A stretch of 64,000 nucleotides of DNA from Candidatus Parcubacteria bacterium (GTDB lineage Bacteria; Patescibacteriota; Minisyncoccia; UBA9983): positions 1,690 through 65,689 of the forward strand of contig QZIU01000008.1 in the NCBI GenBank assembly GCA_003599625.1, given 5' to 3'. Shown here one piece after another: positions 45,478-55,870 of this stretch. The position numbers and the translations under genes are program-made. The notes beneath the pieces were generated by a model. That model saw only the letters and a program-made list of their open reading frames with translations. It was not told the origin of the DNA and did not search any database. Numbering within the stretch: position 1 is the first letter of the stretch; the number at the start of each line of letters is the position of its first letter.

Positions 45478-46646
45478 GAAAGATTAATGTCATAATAAAT
45501 GCAAGGATACCGACGCAGAAAGCGCATGGTATACAGGTTATGAATTTGTGTAAAGAATTTGCAGAAGCCGGTTTTGATGTAACGATGATTATTCCTTTCA
45601 GGTTTAACAAAATCAAGGATGATCCATTTACTTACTACGACATAAAACCGATTTTTAAAATTAAAAAACTTCCTTCTTTGGATGTTATTCCGCTGTCCAC
45701 TTTTTTAGGGAAGTTTGGTTATCTGATACAATCTTTCAGCTTCGCCGCGAGTCTTCTTTTGTATTGCTTATTTTGCACGGAAGGAGACGACTTTTTCTAT
45801 TCCAGGGAAGAAATTTCATTATTCCCATTATTATTTGTTCGTTCAAATGTTTTTTATGAGATGCATGACTATCCCAGCGAACATAAAATTTATAGAATCT
45901 TTTTTAAAAAAATTATGGGTATTGTGGCGACAAACAAATGGAAAAAAGACAATGTGAAAGAGAGATTTAAAATAAATCCTGAGAAAATAATTGTTTATCC
46001 TAATGCGGTAAACATTGGAAGATTTGATATAACCCTCAGCAAAGAGGAGGCCAGGCGAACCTTAGGTATTCCGCCAGAAGATAAAGTTATTTTATACACA
46101 GGGCACTTATATGTATGGAAGGGTGTATATACACTAATGTCGTCAATTAAATATTTGAAGGATCAAACTATAAAGATATATTTCGTAGGTGGGATGGAGT
46201 CAGACAGGAAGAAGTTGTTAGAATTTGCCGAAGCTCAAGATATAGCTTCGGCAAGATTCAGCTTAATTGAGCATCAGCCACATGAAAAAATACCTTTTTT
46301 TCTAAAAGCTGCGGATGTTCTTGTTCTACCCAATACCGCCAAGGAAAAAATATCTCAGTTTTATATGGGCGGTCCCCTGAAACTAATGGAATACATGACC
46401 GCCTCCCGGCCAATCGTTGCCTCTGATTTGACAAGTGTTAGGGAAATAGTGGATGAATCCACTGCTTTGCTATTCAAACCGGATGATCCGGTATCTTTGG
46501 CTAATGCGTTGGATCAAATTACAATTGATGGAAATTTAGCTGAAAAAATAGCCATAAGAAGCAGGGAGAATGTTGAGAAATTTTCCTGGAAAAATCGCAT
46601 AAACGGAATAAAAGAGTTTATGTTGAAAGCAGTAGCTATTCATTAA
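45474..46646 (+). CDS. GT4 glycosyltransferase
   Basis: PTQKAHGIQV, YTGHLYVWKG, PLKLMEYM. Confidence 0.92.
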   Translation: MRKINVIINARIPTQKAHGIQVMNLCKEFAEAGFDVTMIIPFRFNKIKDDPFTYYDIKPIFKIKKLPSLDVIPLSTFLGKFGYLIQSFSFAASLLLYCLFCTEGDDFFYSREEISLFPLLFVRSNVFYEMHDYPSEHKIYRIFFKKIMGIVATNKWKKDNVKERFKINPEKIIVYPNAVNIGRFDITLSKEEARRTLGIPPEDKVILYTGHLYVWKGVYTLMSSIKYLKDQTIKIYFVGGMESDRKKLLEFAEAQDIASARFSLIEHQPHEKIPFFLKAADVLVLPNTAKEKISQFYMGGPLKLMEYMTASRPIVASDLTSVREIVDESTALLFKPDDPVSLANALDQITIDGNLAEKIAIRSRENVEKFSWKNRINGIKEFMLKAVAIH

Positions 46647-46818
46647 TTTTGAAACAATATTCTCTGTCGGTGGAGCTTTTAAGCAGCTTTAAAATAGCTG
46701 TTATTTCAAACAAAACATTAAATCTTAATTATTGCAATATTGATATTGATCAATTTGTGATGTAATCTCTGGTAAAACATTTTATTTCTTTAACAACTAA
46801 AACAAAGGAGATAACAAT

Positions 46819-47748
46819 ATGAATGGAAAGATAGGAATTGTAGGAGTAGGAGTGGTTGGAGGATATAGAAAAACTTGGTTCGAAAGCGAAGGGTATAAAA
46901 GAGGCCGTTCACTCTTTCTTAGAGATTTCCGGAAAGGGTATTATGACAAGCTGACTGAACCTGATTTGATCTTCATATCAGTTTGTCCGCCGGCTAAAAA
47001 TCCCAGAAAATCAACTTTTCTTTTGGTAAGATCTGTAATAAAAAAACTTCCTTGTAGAAAGGTAATTGTTATTAACTCAACCCTGGGGATAGGTCATACT
47101 CTTAAGCTGCAGAATGAGTTTAAACATCACTCTCTGTTCTTTAATCCAGAATTTATATGGATGCCTGATGGGTTTAAAAATACCATTGAGCCAGAGAGAC
47201 AAATAATCGCGCCAGCCATTAAATCTGAGCAAACAAAAGAAATGGCAATGCAAATCCTGCGACTTTTGCCAAAGGCGATAAAATTTGAATCGCCATCGGA
47301 CGAAGTTTTTTTGTCTTCTACAGAGGCTGAAATAGTGAAATTATTCACTAACTTCTACATTTCTCAGCAAGTTGATTTTTCTAGTCTGCTTTACGAGGTG
47401 TGCCAAGATATGGAAACTTACAGAAAGATTATGGGAACTATGTTACACGATGATAGAATTTCCCCTTCCCACTTAATCAATCCAATTCATGGAGGGTATG
47501 TTGGCTGGGGAGGGCATTGTCTTATAAAAGATGCTTATCAGCTCAAGAATAGCCTGGAAGGCAAGGAGAAGAAGAGGGTAATCGCTTCACTGTCTTACAA
47601 TAAAGCAGTTTTGAAGGGCCAAGGAATAACGGAAAGCGAAGCGGCTCTTAAAAAAACTTCCAGACATAATGGAATAAAGCAGAAAGGAGGAATAAACAGT
47701 GAACAAGAAAGTGATTTTCGTAACAACTCCAGTCTTGGAGTTGGATGA
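46819..47748 (+). CDS. UDP-glucose/GDP-mannose 6-dehydrogenase-like protein lacking the C-terminal domain
   Basis: GVGVVG, NPEF, AEIVKLFTN, GGHCLIKD; only 309 aa. Confidence 0.8.
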   Translation: MNGKIGIVGVGVVGGYRKTWFESEGYKRGRSLFLRDFRKGYYDKLTEPDLIFISVCPPAKNPRKSTFLLVRSVIKKLPCRKVIVINSTLGIGHTLKLQNEFKHHSLFFNPEFIWMPDGFKNTIEPERQIIAPAIKSEQTKEMAMQILRLLPKAIKFESPSDEVFLSSTEAEIVKLFTNFYISQQVDFSSLLYEVCQDMETYRKIMGTMLHDDRISPSHLINPIHGGYVGWGGHCLIKDAYQLKNSLEGKEKKRVIASLSYNKAVLKGQGITESEAALKKTSRHNGIKQKGGINSEQESDFRNNSSLGVG

Positions 47749-48982
47749 TGATTGTCTTGAGCCGCCGTTGGGGATTCTTTACATGGCCACTATTTTAAGG
47801 CAAAGGGGCATTGAATGTTCCGTATGCGATTTATCCGGGCTGGGAGATGACAAAACTAAATGGCAGGCTGATTTAGAATTCGGAGAGATATATGCTTTTT
47901 CCACTTATTCTGTAACATACAGACGGACACTGGAAGTAAAAAAATTAATCCAAGAAAGAATTAATCCTGACGCGATTTTTATAGGAGGCGGCCATCATGT
48001 TACAGCGATGCCCGGCGATTGTATCAATGACTTTGATATTATAATCACCGGAGAAGCGGAAAAAACTTTTCCCGAGGTTGTAAGCAAAATTTTATCAGGA
48101 ACGGTTGTGAAGGGGGTTATTAAAGGCCAACCTGTAACGGAATTGGACACGATTCCTTTTCCGGATTTTAATTTAGTTGATCTCGGAAGGTATCACCGCA
48201 TAGTCGAAGGTAAGCCAAGTTTAAGCCTTGTATCCAGCAGAGGCTGTCCTTTTAAATGCGCGTTTTGCAATAGTAGAATATCAGACAGGGGAAGTTTAAG
48301 ATTTCGTTCCGCCGATAATGTTGTCACTGAGATATGCGAGCTGATTAAGAGTTATGGCATAAGACATTATCGCTTCAATGATGATTTGTTTACTTTTTCA
48401 AAAAAACGAGTATTTGAAATAGCAGAACTTCTTATCAAAAAGGCTGATATTATCTACAGAGTATTTGCCCAGGCAAGAACACTGACACCGGACATATGCA
48501 ATATTCTCTATGAGAGCGGATGCAGGCATGTTTCAATTGGTATTGAAAGCATGTCTGACAGGATGTTAAAGCTTTTGGAGAAAGGCAACACTGCCGAACA
48601 AAATTCGACAGCCCTTGATAATTGTAAAAAAGCCGGTCTTAAAGTAAGAATCTATCTTATGGTCGGCTTTCCTGGCGAAACGGAGGAAACGGTAAAAGAA
48701 TCATTGGAAAAACTAAAACAATGTCATTTTGATGAATTTGTCGTCTATTCTTTTATTCCGTATCCAGGCACTCCTGTCTGGCATAATCCCGCAAAATGGG
48801 GAATAAAAAATATGGATAAAGATTTTACCAAATATGTTCAGGTGGGAAAAAGAAGAAGTACCTGTTTTGTAGTTGAAACCAAAGATTTCACCTCGGCTGA
48901 CGTAGAAAGATGGCGAAGGGCAATGATAGATGAGTTGGAAAGAAGATTCTGTTGGGCGGGACAATCTCCTGACAATAAATGA
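47699..48982 (+). CDS. Cobalamin-binding radical SAM protein
   Basis: PPLGILYMA, GGHHVT, SRGCPFKCAFC; GTG start with AGGAGG. Confidence 0.92.
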   Translation: MNKKVIFVTTPVLELDDDCLEPPLGILYMATILRQRGIECSVCDLSGLGDDKTKWQADLEFGEIYAFSTYSVTYRRTLEVKKLIQERINPDAIFIGGGHHVTAMPGDCINDFDIIITGEAEKTFPEVVSKILSGTVVKGVIKGQPVTELDTIPFPDFNLVDLGRYHRIVEGKPSLSLVSSRGCPFKCAFCNSRISDRGSLRFRSADNVVTEICELIKSYGIRHYRFNDDLFTFSKKRVFEIAELLIKKADIIYRVFAQARTLTPDICNILYESGCRHVSIGIESMSDRMLKLLEKGNTAEQNSTALDNCKKAGLKVRIYLMVGFPGETEETVKESLEKLKQCHFDEFVVYSFIPYPGTPVWHNPAKWGIKNMDKDFTKYVQVGKRRSTCFVVETKDFTSADVERWRRAMIDELERRFCWAGQSPDNK

Positions 48983-48990
48983 AATTTACT

Positions 48991-49022
48991 AAAAAGGGGC
49001 GACAAATCGCCCCTTTATTTTT
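48991..49022 (+). terminator. Intrinsic terminator
   Basis: aaaggggcga-caaa-tcgcccctttattttt. Confidence 0.8.
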
Positions 49023-49053
49023 TTGCGATTCCGTGTTACTTTATGGGAAAGAA

Positions 49054-50415
49054 ATGGTTTCTGAAGGTCAATTTAGCGGAAGGGTAATAAAAGACAGCGC
49101 CATTGTAAGCATGGGGGCTTTTGCCACTAAACTGATCGGTTTTGGTTCGACTGTTATTGTTCTATATGTTCTCAGTCTAAGCGAATATGGTCTTTACAAA
49201 TTGGTTTTTGCGGCTTTTGGTATATTCGGAACATTCCTTTTCTCCGGACTTGATCAGATAATTCTTTCAGACTCTGCCAATGACTGGAGAGAGCAAAATA
49301 GAGGCAGAATTAAAAAGAGGTTTCTGGAATTTCTAGTCATGAAAATGGTTCTCGGAATAGTCCTTTGGTCTGTTGTTTTTTTGGGCTCAGAAGTTATAGA
49401 AAAATATTATGGGGAAAGTATCTCCAGTTTGCTCAAGATAATTTCCTTTCTTTATTTGTTGAATCCTTTAAAAGGAGTCCTGCTTTTTTGGTTTAATTTA
49501 AACATGAATTTCGTTTTTCTTTCCATTGCCTCAGCAATGGAGGAGGCGATGAAATTAATCTTCGTGGTAACGGGTTTTTTTGTTTTTGGAATGGGTGTTG
49601 AGGGGGTTATCCTTTCGCATGTGGCCGCAAGTTTTTTCGTTGTTGTTTTTCTTTTTTCTTTTGGGGGCGCCAGTATTATATCTCTCATTAAAGAAAAAGC
49701 AGAAAAAGGTTTCATTCTGCTTGACACATTAAAAAGTCATGGCAAATGGGGCATTCTGACAAATTACAACATAGATCTGCAAAGAAATATTCACCCTTGG
49801 TTTATAAAGTATTTTATCGGAACGGAAGCGGTGGCAATTGTGAGTATTGCCGAAAGCGCCGTTGGTCATATTACTTCTCTCTTTCCAATGGCCAAAATTT
49901 TAATGCCCGTTGTCCCCAGGGAGATTGGAGATAAAGAAAGAATCAAAAGAATTTTCTTCAGGGGGATAAAGTATGGAACTATGTCTTTTGCCGCTATGGG
50001 CATGATTTCTTTTTTTGCCATGCCTTATCTTATCGAAGTTGCCTTGCCCAAATACATCCCTTCTATCCCTGTTTTTCGTGTAATAATCATAAGTGTAGTC
50101 TTTACTGCCATGGCTAATATTTTGACCGGCTTTTTTTACGCATTAAAAATGCAGAAAGAATTTTTTTGGGCCTCGCTTGTGAGGTTTCCCGCAATGGTCT
50201 TCCTATCAGTCTTACTGTTTCCCTTTGTGGGAATTTTGGGCGTTGGAATTGAAGTTGTTGCCGTCTCGGCAATTTTTATAGGCGTTAGGTATTATTTTAT
50301 CGTAAAAAGAATTCCCGGCCTGTCTCTTGATTTAAACCAACTTTTTAAATTTGACAGTTACGATAAGGCTTTACTGGCAAGGTCCTGGAGCTTTTTTAAA
50401 AGTAAAGTTTTTTAA
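49054..50415 (+). CDS. Wzx-like oligosaccharide flippase
   Basis: About 12 TM helices, LSLSEYGLY MOP-family pattern. Confidence 0.85.
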   Translation: MVSEGQFSGRVIKDSAIVSMGAFATKLIGFGSTVIVLYVLSLSEYGLYKLVFAAFGIFGTFLFSGLDQIILSDSANDWREQNRGRIKKRFLEFLVMKMVLGIVLWSVVFLGSEVIEKYYGESISSLLKIISFLYLLNPLKGVLLFWFNLNMNFVFLSIASAMEEAMKLIFVVTGFFVFGMGVEGVILSHVAASFFVVVFLFSFGGASIISLIKEKAEKGFILLDTLKSHGKWGILTNYNIDLQRNIHPWFIKYFIGTEAVAIVSIAESAVGHITSLFPMAKILMPVVPREIGDKERIKRIFFRGIKYGTMSFAAMGMISFFAMPYLIEVALPKYIPSIPVFRVIIISVVFTAMANILTGFFYALKMQKEFFWASLVRFPAMVFLSVLLFPFVGILGVGIEVVAVSAIFIGVRYYFIVKRIPGLSLDLNQLFKFDSYDKALLARSWSFFKSKVF

Positions 50416-51786
50416 ATGAAAAATCTGATTATAAATATTGCCGACAGTAATATAGCAAAAAATATTCTAAGAACAGGCGTATTGAATGAACTTAAAAAAA
50501 GTAAATTAAGACTTGTATTGCTGGTTCCGGCTTCCAAAAAAAGTAATTACCACGAAGAGTTTTCGGATGAAAACGTGATTGTAGACGCATGGCCTGACGT
50601 ATTGCCGTCAAAAATAGAACGCCTTTGTTTGTTTGCCGCAAAAAATAGCATCCCGACTCATGCCGTCAGGCAAATTCAGGAGGTTGGTTTTGATGGCCGA
50701 ACCATGAGGATGATCCCCTATGTTTTGGCCAGATTGTTTTGGGTTGTAGGTCACTTGCCCTTTTGGAGATCCATATTAGCGTTTATCGCCAGTCGCTTTT
50801 TTCAGGATCGTCTTTTTCAGGAGATATTTGATAGATACAAACCGGATATGGTATTTACGCACACCATTTATTCTACCAATGATCTAAGGCTCTTAAAGGG
50901 CGCAAAACGCAGCGGGGTAAGCTCAATCGGGATGATAAAGAGCTGGGATAATCTGACTAGCAAAGATCCTCTGCTTATCAAGCCGGATTGGCTTATAGTT
51001 CACAACGAAATAATCAAAAAAGAAGCAATAAAGTTTGGAAATTACCCAGAGGAGAAGATTTTTATTTCCGGGATTCCTCAGTTTGATTTCTACGCGGATA
51101 AGAATTTTTTGAAGCCTAGAGAAGAGTTTTTTTCTGAATTAGGCCTTGATCCCCAAAGAAAGCTCGTAACCTTTTTTGCGGTAGGGTCATGTCTTATGAT
51201 TCATGAAAAAGAAATGATAGAACTTATCGCAGAAATTATAAATAGCGGCGAGCTGAACCGTCCTTGTCAGCTTTTAGTCCGTCTGCACCCCGCCTTTACC
51301 AGTGATGAAGAAAAACTCAAGAGTCTGCAGAATGTGAGGATAGACCGCCCCGGTAAGATTGTTTCAAGTACCAAAGTCGCCCTTCGCGACGGTTGGGAAT
51401 TTGATTTTGAAGAAACAAAAAGGCTGGCCAATACTCTTAATTGGAGCGATGTGTCTATGAATTGCGGCTCGACCACTTTGGTTGAAGCCGCAATTTATGA
51501 TACGCCCGTAATAATGACAGGATTCGACGCTATAAAAGAAAAAAATTATTGGCGTTCGGCTGAAAGATTGCCCAAAAGAGAGCATATGTTGCCTGTTTTG
51601 TGCAGCGGAGGAACCCGTCTTGTTAAAAACAAATCGGAAATGGTAAAATGGTTAAACAATTATCTGGGAAATAAAAATCTTGATAAAGAGGGGAGGCAGA
51701 GGTTAGTAAATGAACAATGTTATAAGCAAGACGGCAGATCTGGGGAAAGAATTTGCTCATTTATCTTAAGTAAAATAAAATTATGA
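50416..51786 (+). CDS. GT-B fold transferase (TagF-like/capsule-polymerase-like)
   Basis: SWDNLTSK, GIPQFD, VRLHP, STTLVEA. Confidence 0.7.
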   Translation: MKNLIINIADSNIAKNILRTGVLNELKKSKLRLVLLVPASKKSNYHEEFSDENVIVDAWPDVLPSKIERLCLFAAKNSIPTHAVRQIQEVGFDGRTMRMIPYVLARLFWVVGHLPFWRSILAFIASRFFQDRLFQEIFDRYKPDMVFTHTIYSTNDLRLLKGAKRSGVSSIGMIKSWDNLTSKDPLLIKPDWLIVHNEIIKKEAIKFGNYPEEKIFISGIPQFDFYADKNFLKPREEFFSELGLDPQRKLVTFFAVGSCLMIHEKEMIELIAEIINSGELNRPCQLLVRLHPAFTSDEEKLKSLQNVRIDRPGKIVSSTKVALRDGWEFDFEETKRLANTLNWSDVSMNCGSTTLVEAAIYDTPVIMTGFDAIKEKNYWRSAERLPKREHMLPVLCSGGTRLVKNKSEMVKWLNNYLGNKNLDKEGRQRLVNEQCYKQDGRSGERICSFILSKIKL

Positions 51787-53621
51787 AATCAACAAAAAAT
51801 TTAAATATTTTAGGGCTAAAAATTAAAGGACATAATACCGGCGCGTCTCTTATATATGGAGATAAAATTATGGCCATATCAGAAGAGCGTCTTGATAGAA
51901 TTAAGAATTCTCCGAATGTTTTTCCTTCTCTTTCTATAGAGTATTGCCTAAAAGGAGCAAATCTTTCCGCGGAAGATATTGATCTTGTCGTTATTGATCA
52001 GATTGACCGCAAAAATGTTTATGACATGGAAAATATTTTTACAGCTTTCTATGGCGATAAGTTTAAAAATTCAAAAATAAAAATAATAAATCATCATCTT
52101 GCTCACGCCGCTTCTGCTTTTTTTGCCTCCCCGTTTGATGAGGCCGCTATTATGGTAATAGACGGGTCTGGTGAAAAAATCAGCACTCATCTTGGCACCG
52201 ATGTTATGGAGACTGATACTTATTACAGAGGTATCGGCAATGAAATATGCGAGATACAAAAAACTGCGCACAAAAGAGACGGAAGTAATTTCCCCCTGAC
52301 CTTCGGTGTAGGCAAGCTGTACTCATTTTTGACAGAAACATATATAGATCTTGGTAGATATAATGAAGGTAAAATGATGGGACTTGCTTCTTATGGCAAA
52401 GGACTCCTGAAAGAAAAATTTCCTTTGGATTTATGGTATAAAGAGACAAGTGGAGGGCATTTTTTATGCAATGCAAAAATATTGTATCCAAAAATATCGA
52501 CACTAAATAAGATCAATAAAATTATTACCAACCCCGGGAAAATCCTGGTTTCGGGCAGAGTCTACCTAAAAGGCAAAATTAACAAACTCAAGAGGGGCAC
52601 CTTTTTCAGTCAATTCAAACAAAAAACAGAAAATGGAAAGATTTTTTTGCCAATTAATTTACAAAAACCTCCCAGGAGCAAAGAATATAAATTACCGGAT
52701 GATTATTATACCGAAATGGCATGGATAGGTCAAAAAGTTCTTGAGGAAATTTTTATAAAAGCGTCAAGAAGGCTTAATTTTATAACCGGTTCTGAAAATT
52801 TATGTCTTGCCGGAGGTGTTGCCTTAAACGGAGTTAGTAACAATAAGATACTAGAAGATGGAAAATTTAAAAAATTATTTATACAACCTGCTTCTTCTGA
52901 TACGGGGATTCCATTGGGATGCGCTTTATGGGGGTACCATTGTTTTTACAAAAAAGAGGGAAGACCTTTTGCAATGGGGCATGCTCATCTTGGTAAAAAA
53001 TATGCCGATAAAGAAATATTCGAATTAATTAAAAAAACCGCGGGAATTAATTTTTATAGATCAGAAGATATTGCAAAAGAAACCGCCAGACTGATTGATG
53101 GCGGAAATGTTGTTGGATGGTTTTTTAATTCTTCAGAATATGGACCGAGAGCGCTTGGCGCCCGGTCCATATTAGGCGATCCAAGAAACCCGCGCATGAA
53201 GGATATTTTAAACGCAAAAGTTAAACACAGAGAGTGGTGGCGGCCTTTTGCAGCCTCGGTTTTAGAAGATAAGGCTTCTGATTATTTTGAAATAAAGCAT
53301 GAAAGTCCGTTCATGTTATTTGTTCCTAAAATTAAAAAAGACAAACTTCCGCTTATCCCTTCTCTTGTTCATGTAGATGAAACTTGTAGAATTCAAACAG
53401 TCTCAGCGGAGCATAATGGATTATATTACAATTTAATTAATGAATTTTATAATCTGACTGGCGTTCCGCTGCTAATCAATACATCGTTTAACGACGCGGG
53501 AGAGCCGATAATAGAAACTCCCAATGACGCCATGAGGTGTTTTTTAGGAACAGAAATGGATTATCTTATTTTTGCTGAAAATGATGGTATCGGAGGGTAT
53601 GTTGTCAAGAAAAACGAATAA
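51783..53621 (+). CDS. NodU/CmcH family carbamoyltransferase
   Basis: EERLDRIK, HHLAHA, EGKMMGLA, EYGPRALG.RS, KHREWWRPFA, NTSFN. Confidence 0.95.
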   Translation: MKSTKNLNILGLKIKGHNTGASLIYGDKIMAISEERLDRIKNSPNVFPSLSIEYCLKGANLSAEDIDLVVIDQIDRKNVYDMENIFTAFYGDKFKNSKIKIINHHLAHAASAFFASPFDEAAIMVIDGSGEKISTHLGTDVMETDTYYRGIGNEICEIQKTAHKRDGSNFPLTFGVGKLYSFLTETYIDLGRYNEGKMMGLASYGKGLLKEKFPLDLWYKETSGGHFLCNAKILYPKISTLNKINKIITNPGKILVSGRVYLKGKINKLKRGTFFSQFKQKTENGKIFLPINLQKPPRSKEYKLPDDYYTEMAWIGQKVLEEIFIKASRRLNFITGSENLCLAGGVALNGVSNNKILEDGKFKKLFIQPASSDTGIPLGCALWGYHCFYKKEGRPFAMGHAHLGKKYADKEIFELIKKTAGINFYRSEDIAKETARLIDGGNVVGWFFNSSEYGPRALGARSILGDPRNPRMKDILNAKVKHREWWRPFAASVLEDKASDYFEIKHESPFMLFVPKIKKDKLPLIPSLVHVDETCRIQTVSAEHNGLYYNLINEFYNLTGVPLLINTSFNDAGEPIIETPNDAMRCFLGTEMDYLIFAENDGIGGYVVKKNE

Positions 53622-53665
53622 TTAAGATTAAGTAATCGATATCGCAGCTTTTCTTTTTAAGTCTA

Positions 53666-54682
53666 TTGAATCCTAAATTTTCTATTATAATACCGCTTTA
53701 TAACAGCTCCTTGACCATAAAGGACTGTTTAGATGCTGTTCTGAATCTTGATTATAGCAAGGAAGATTATGATGTTACTGTGGTTGACGATGCTTCGACC
53801 GACAATTCTGCTGAAATAGCCTCCGGTTTTCCTTTCAGATTGATAAAATCAGGCAGTAATAATGGTCCCGCTGCGGCTAGAAATATCGGCGCCAAACAGG
53901 CCAAAGGAGACTTTCTGTTCTTTCTTGACGCTGATGTGGTTCTACCGAAAAATTGTTTGAAATTGGCTGAAGATTGCCTAAAGGAAAAAAACAGAAAAGT
54001 TTTTTTTGCCTCTTTTTCGCGGCAGATGCGATATCAAAACGCAAGCAGTCAGTATAAGAATCTTTATCTGTGTTATTATTATCTTAAACAAAAAGAAAGG
54101 ACTCATACTTTGGATACGTCTTTTGCTTTTGTTTCGAGAGACTTATTTGAAGAAGTTAAGGGATTTGACGTTATGCCGAAAAAATTCGGGGAAGATATTG
54201 ACCTGGGTATGAGGTTGACAAAGATGGGCCATCATATAGAAATAAACAAAGAAATAGAGGCTGAGCACTTAAAAAAGTATAATTTTAAAAAATTAATGAA
54301 GACCGATTATCGCAGGGGGAAGGAAATATCCCGCCTTTTTTTAAAAAACTTTTTTAAAAAAGAAAAAAAAGAAAAAAGTTTTTTTTCCATGAGACCATTA
54401 AATATTTATTTTAATATGCCGATTTCTTTTCTTATTTCGGCCTTAGCGATAGCAACAATTATCTCATATAAAATTTTTATTTTTCCTTTGGTTCTTGTTA
54501 TTTCCTTTTTTGTGGGGATAAATTGTGGCTTTTGGTTCTATTTGTTTAAAGCGAACGGCTTCTTTTTTCTGCTTAAGGCGCTTTTTATAACTTTTGCTGA
54601 TTCATTGGCAATGGGATTAGGCACGGCAGTTTCTCTCTTTGCTGTTTTAAAAGAAAAAGTTATAGTTAAAAGATATGAATGA
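53666..54682 (+). CDS. GT2 glycosyltransferase with C-terminal TMs
   Basis: IIPLYN, DDASTD, GPAAARN, FLDAD, GED. Confidence 0.9.
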   Translation: MNPKFSIIIPLYNSSLTIKDCLDAVLNLDYSKEDYDVTVVDDASTDNSAEIASGFPFRLIKSGSNNGPAAARNIGAKQAKGDFLFFLDADVVLPKNCLKLAEDCLKEKNRKVFFASFSRQMRYQNASSQYKNLYLCYYYLKQKERTHTLDTSFAFVSRDLFEEVKGFDVMPKKFGEDIDLGMRLTKMGHHIEINKEIEAEHLKKYNFKKLMKTDYRRGKEISRLFLKNFFKKEKKEKSFFSMRPLNIYFNMPISFLISALAIATIISYKIFIFPLVLVISFFVGINCGFWFYLFKANGFFFLLKALFITFADSLAMGLGTAVSLFAVLKEKVIVKRYE

Positions 54683-55772
54683 ATATAAGTTTAACAATCT
54701 TGTCGGGTACATAAGGGGATTGAAATATTTGCGGAGAGCCGTGCTAAAAAAGAGTGGGACGCCGCTTTACTTGATTTTTTTCATAACGAGCAAATGCAAT
54801 TTGCGTTGTAAACATTGTTTTTATTGGAAAGAACTAAATAAAGAGGAAAAATTCCTGAGCCTTGAAGAAATTCAGAAAATATCATTAAGCATGGAAGATT
54901 TGCCTTACTTGCGTTTAACCGGCGGCGAACCAAGTTTAAGGCCAGACTTTCCTCAAATTGCCGAAATATTCTACAAAAATAACAACCTGATAAATTTAGG
55001 GATAAACACTAATGGTTTTTTTACAGAAAAAATAATTGCAGGAGTCCAACAAATATTGGAGAAATGCCCAGATCTTAACGTTGATGTTTGTGTAAGCCTG
55101 GATGATACCCGAAAAGGTCATGATAATAATAGAGGCGTGGCTGGGACATATGATAATGCCGTCAATACTTTGCTTAAACTTAATAAATTAAGAGAAATTT
55201 ATCCCAAAATGAAGACGGTAATCGGATTGGACTTAAACAAAAGCAACCAAGACCGTTTGGCCTTAATCTTTGAGGAAATAAAGGCTCTGGATGTAAGTTA
55301 TATTTGCGACACGGTAGTCCGGGGGGATCCCAAAGAACCAGCCATCAAAGATGTTAAGATGAGTAATTATAAAACGCTCAATGATTTAGTGGGTTCTTAC
55401 AATATAAAAAGACAACACCACGCCTACTTTAATATAAACGCTAAGGATAAGATGGTCGAAGAAGCGGTTTTAAAAGCCAGAGTGGAAAATAAATGGTGGG
55501 GTTTTAATTGCACGGCGGGTGTAAACGCCGGAGTAATTTACGCGGATGGCGCTGTTTTCCCATGCGAGGGGAGGAATGAAAAAATAGGCAACATAAGAGA
55601 TTATAATTATGATTTTAAAGAACTTTGGAACTCCGAAGAAAATCAAAAAATAAGGGAAACGATCAAAAAAGGCAGGTGTCATTGCACCCATGAAAACTTC
55701 ATAACAGCCAGTATTTTTTCAAGTCCTTACGCTTTAATAAAACTTTTGTTTAAGGCTTTTAGAGACAATTAA
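54675..55772 (+). CDS. Radical SAM protein with SPASM/twitch domain
   Basis: CNLRCKHC, TGGEP, C.AG...G.VFPCE, CHC. Confidence 0.92.
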   Translation: MNEYKFNNLVGYIRGLKYLRRAVLKKSGTPLYLIFFITSKCNLRCKHCFYWKELNKEEKFLSLEEIQKISLSMEDLPYLRLTGGEPSLRPDFPQIAEIFYKNNNLINLGINTNGFFTEKIIAGVQQILEKCPDLNVDVCVSLDDTRKGHDNNRGVAGTYDNAVNTLLKLNKLREIYPKMKTVIGLDLNKSNQDRLALIFEEIKALDVSYICDTVVRGDPKEPAIKDVKMSNYKTLNDLVGSYNIKRQHHAYFNINAKDKMVEEAVLKARVENKWWGFNCTAGVNAGVIYADGAVFPCEGRNEKIGNIRDYNYDFKELWNSEENQKIRETIKKGRCHCTHENFITASIFSSPYALIKLLFKAFRDN

Positions 55773-55870
55773 TCAAGTCCTGCGTATTGCTGGACAATCA
55801 TCGCTAATAATGCTAGAAAAGTCTAAGTAAGTGATTGACCTTTTAAAATTTAATAGGAGGAATTGATAGA

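Noticed and set aside
30393-55772. Secondary-metabolite or RiPP cluster
   Set aside because: No NRPS/PKS or precursor peptide; Wzx, GT and NDP-sugar genes point to a surface glycan
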